Assembly: GCA_964016885.1 (NCBI GenBank)
Contig: OZ024744.1
Location: 128,526,001-128,590,000 of the forward strand
Length of the DNA: 64,000 nt
Origin: Eledone cirrhosa
Taxonomy: Eukaryota
Direction: 5' to 3'
In this document: piece after piece, positions 63,201 through 64,000 of the stretch
How the letters are laid out: each line of letters begins with the position of its first letter
Position numbering within the stretch: the first letter of the stretch is position 1
The notes under the pieces: model-generated
What the model saw: the letters and a program-made list of their open reading frames with translations, nothing else
The model's database searches: none
Told to the model about the DNA's origin: nothing
Made by a program: the position numbers and the translations under genes

Positions 63201-64000
63201 TGGGGTTGAGTTAAGTTGGGGTTAAGTTAAGTTGGGGTTATGTTAAGTTGGGGTTAAGTTAAGTTGGGGTTAAGTTAAGTTGGGGTTAAGTTAAGTTGCG
63301 GTTAAGTTAAGTTGGGGTTAAATTAAGTTGGGGTTAAGTTAAGTTGGGATTAAGTTAAGTTGGGGTTAAGTTAAGTTGGGGTTAAGTTAAGTTGGGGTTA
63401 AGTTAGATTGTTGTTAAGTTAAGTTGGGGTTAAGTTAAGTTGGGGTTAAGTTAAGTTGGGGTTAATTTAAGTTGGGGTTAAGTTATGTCGGGGTTAAGTT
63501 GAGTTGGGGTTAAGTTAAGTTGGGGTTAAGTTAAGTTGGGGTTAAGTTAAGTTGGGGTTAAGATAAGTTGGGGTTAAGTTAAGTTGGGGTTAAATTAAGT
63601 TCGGGTTAAGTTAATTTGGGGTTGACTTAAGTTGGGGTTAACTTAAGTTGGGATTAAGTTAAGTTGGGGTTAAGTTAAGTTGGGGTTAAATTAAGTTCGG
63701 GTTAAGTTAAGTTGGGGTTAAGTTAAGTTGGGGTTAAGTTAAGTTGGGGTTAAGTTAGGTTGGGGTTAAGTTAAGTTGGGGGTAAGTTAAGTTGGGGTTA
63801 AGTTAAGTTGGGGGTAAGTTAAGTTGGGGGTAAGTTAAGTTGGGGTTAATTTAAGTTGGGTCGAATTAAGTTGGTGTTAAGTTAAGTTGGGGTTAAGTTA
63901 AGTTGGGGTTAAGTTAAGTTGGGGTTAAGTTAAGATGGGGTTTAGTTAAGTTGGGGTTAAGTTAAGTTGGGGTTACGTTAAGTTGGGGGTAAGTTAAGTT
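60238..64000 (+). repeat. 16-bp satellite; third copy of the island-adjacent block, continues past the right edge
   Basis: Marker order follows 38938-~42700 and 50686-~54430 with a few unit gains/losses. Confidence 0.97.
61065..61293 (-). repeat. Short inverted satellite segment, copy 3 (one extra 16-mer)
   Basis: Same as 39765-39977 plus an additional CTTACCCCCAACTTAA unit. Confidence 0.95.

Noticed and set aside
1-64000. Canonical telomere tract (TTAGGG/TTAGG/TTAGGC)
   Set aside because: These motifs occur only as isolated single-unit variants; there is no pure canonical run or visible chromosome end.

Overview
This window is non-coding and almost certainly eukaryotic repetitive DNA (heterochromatic, subtelomeric or centromere-like); the organism cannot be identified from the sequence. 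About 57 kb (roughly 3,500 units) is a strand-asymmetric 16-bp satellite, (TTAAGTTAAGTTGGGG)n. Its point variants are propagated in nested higher-order blocks of about 0.24, 1.2, 2.1, 4.5-5.6 and 11.7 kb. The array is interrupted by a 3.2-kb very AT-rich composite island: 36-37-bp repeats carrying the palindrome AGGTTTTTCGAAAAACCT flank seven ~250-380-bp units. The island is present twice in full (35714-38937, 47457-50685) through an ~11.74-kb tandem duplication. It is present a third time in part, at the centre of a ~2.57-kb palindrome (58615-61180). A ~210-230-bp fold-back inversion with TTAA breakpoints follows each island copy. The junctions read as a series of template-switch events at several scales, including a DUP-TRP/INV-DUP-like structure. 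No credible genes, RNA genes or CRISPR arrays are present. All comparisons were done by eye using marker variants, so block boundaries are approximate.
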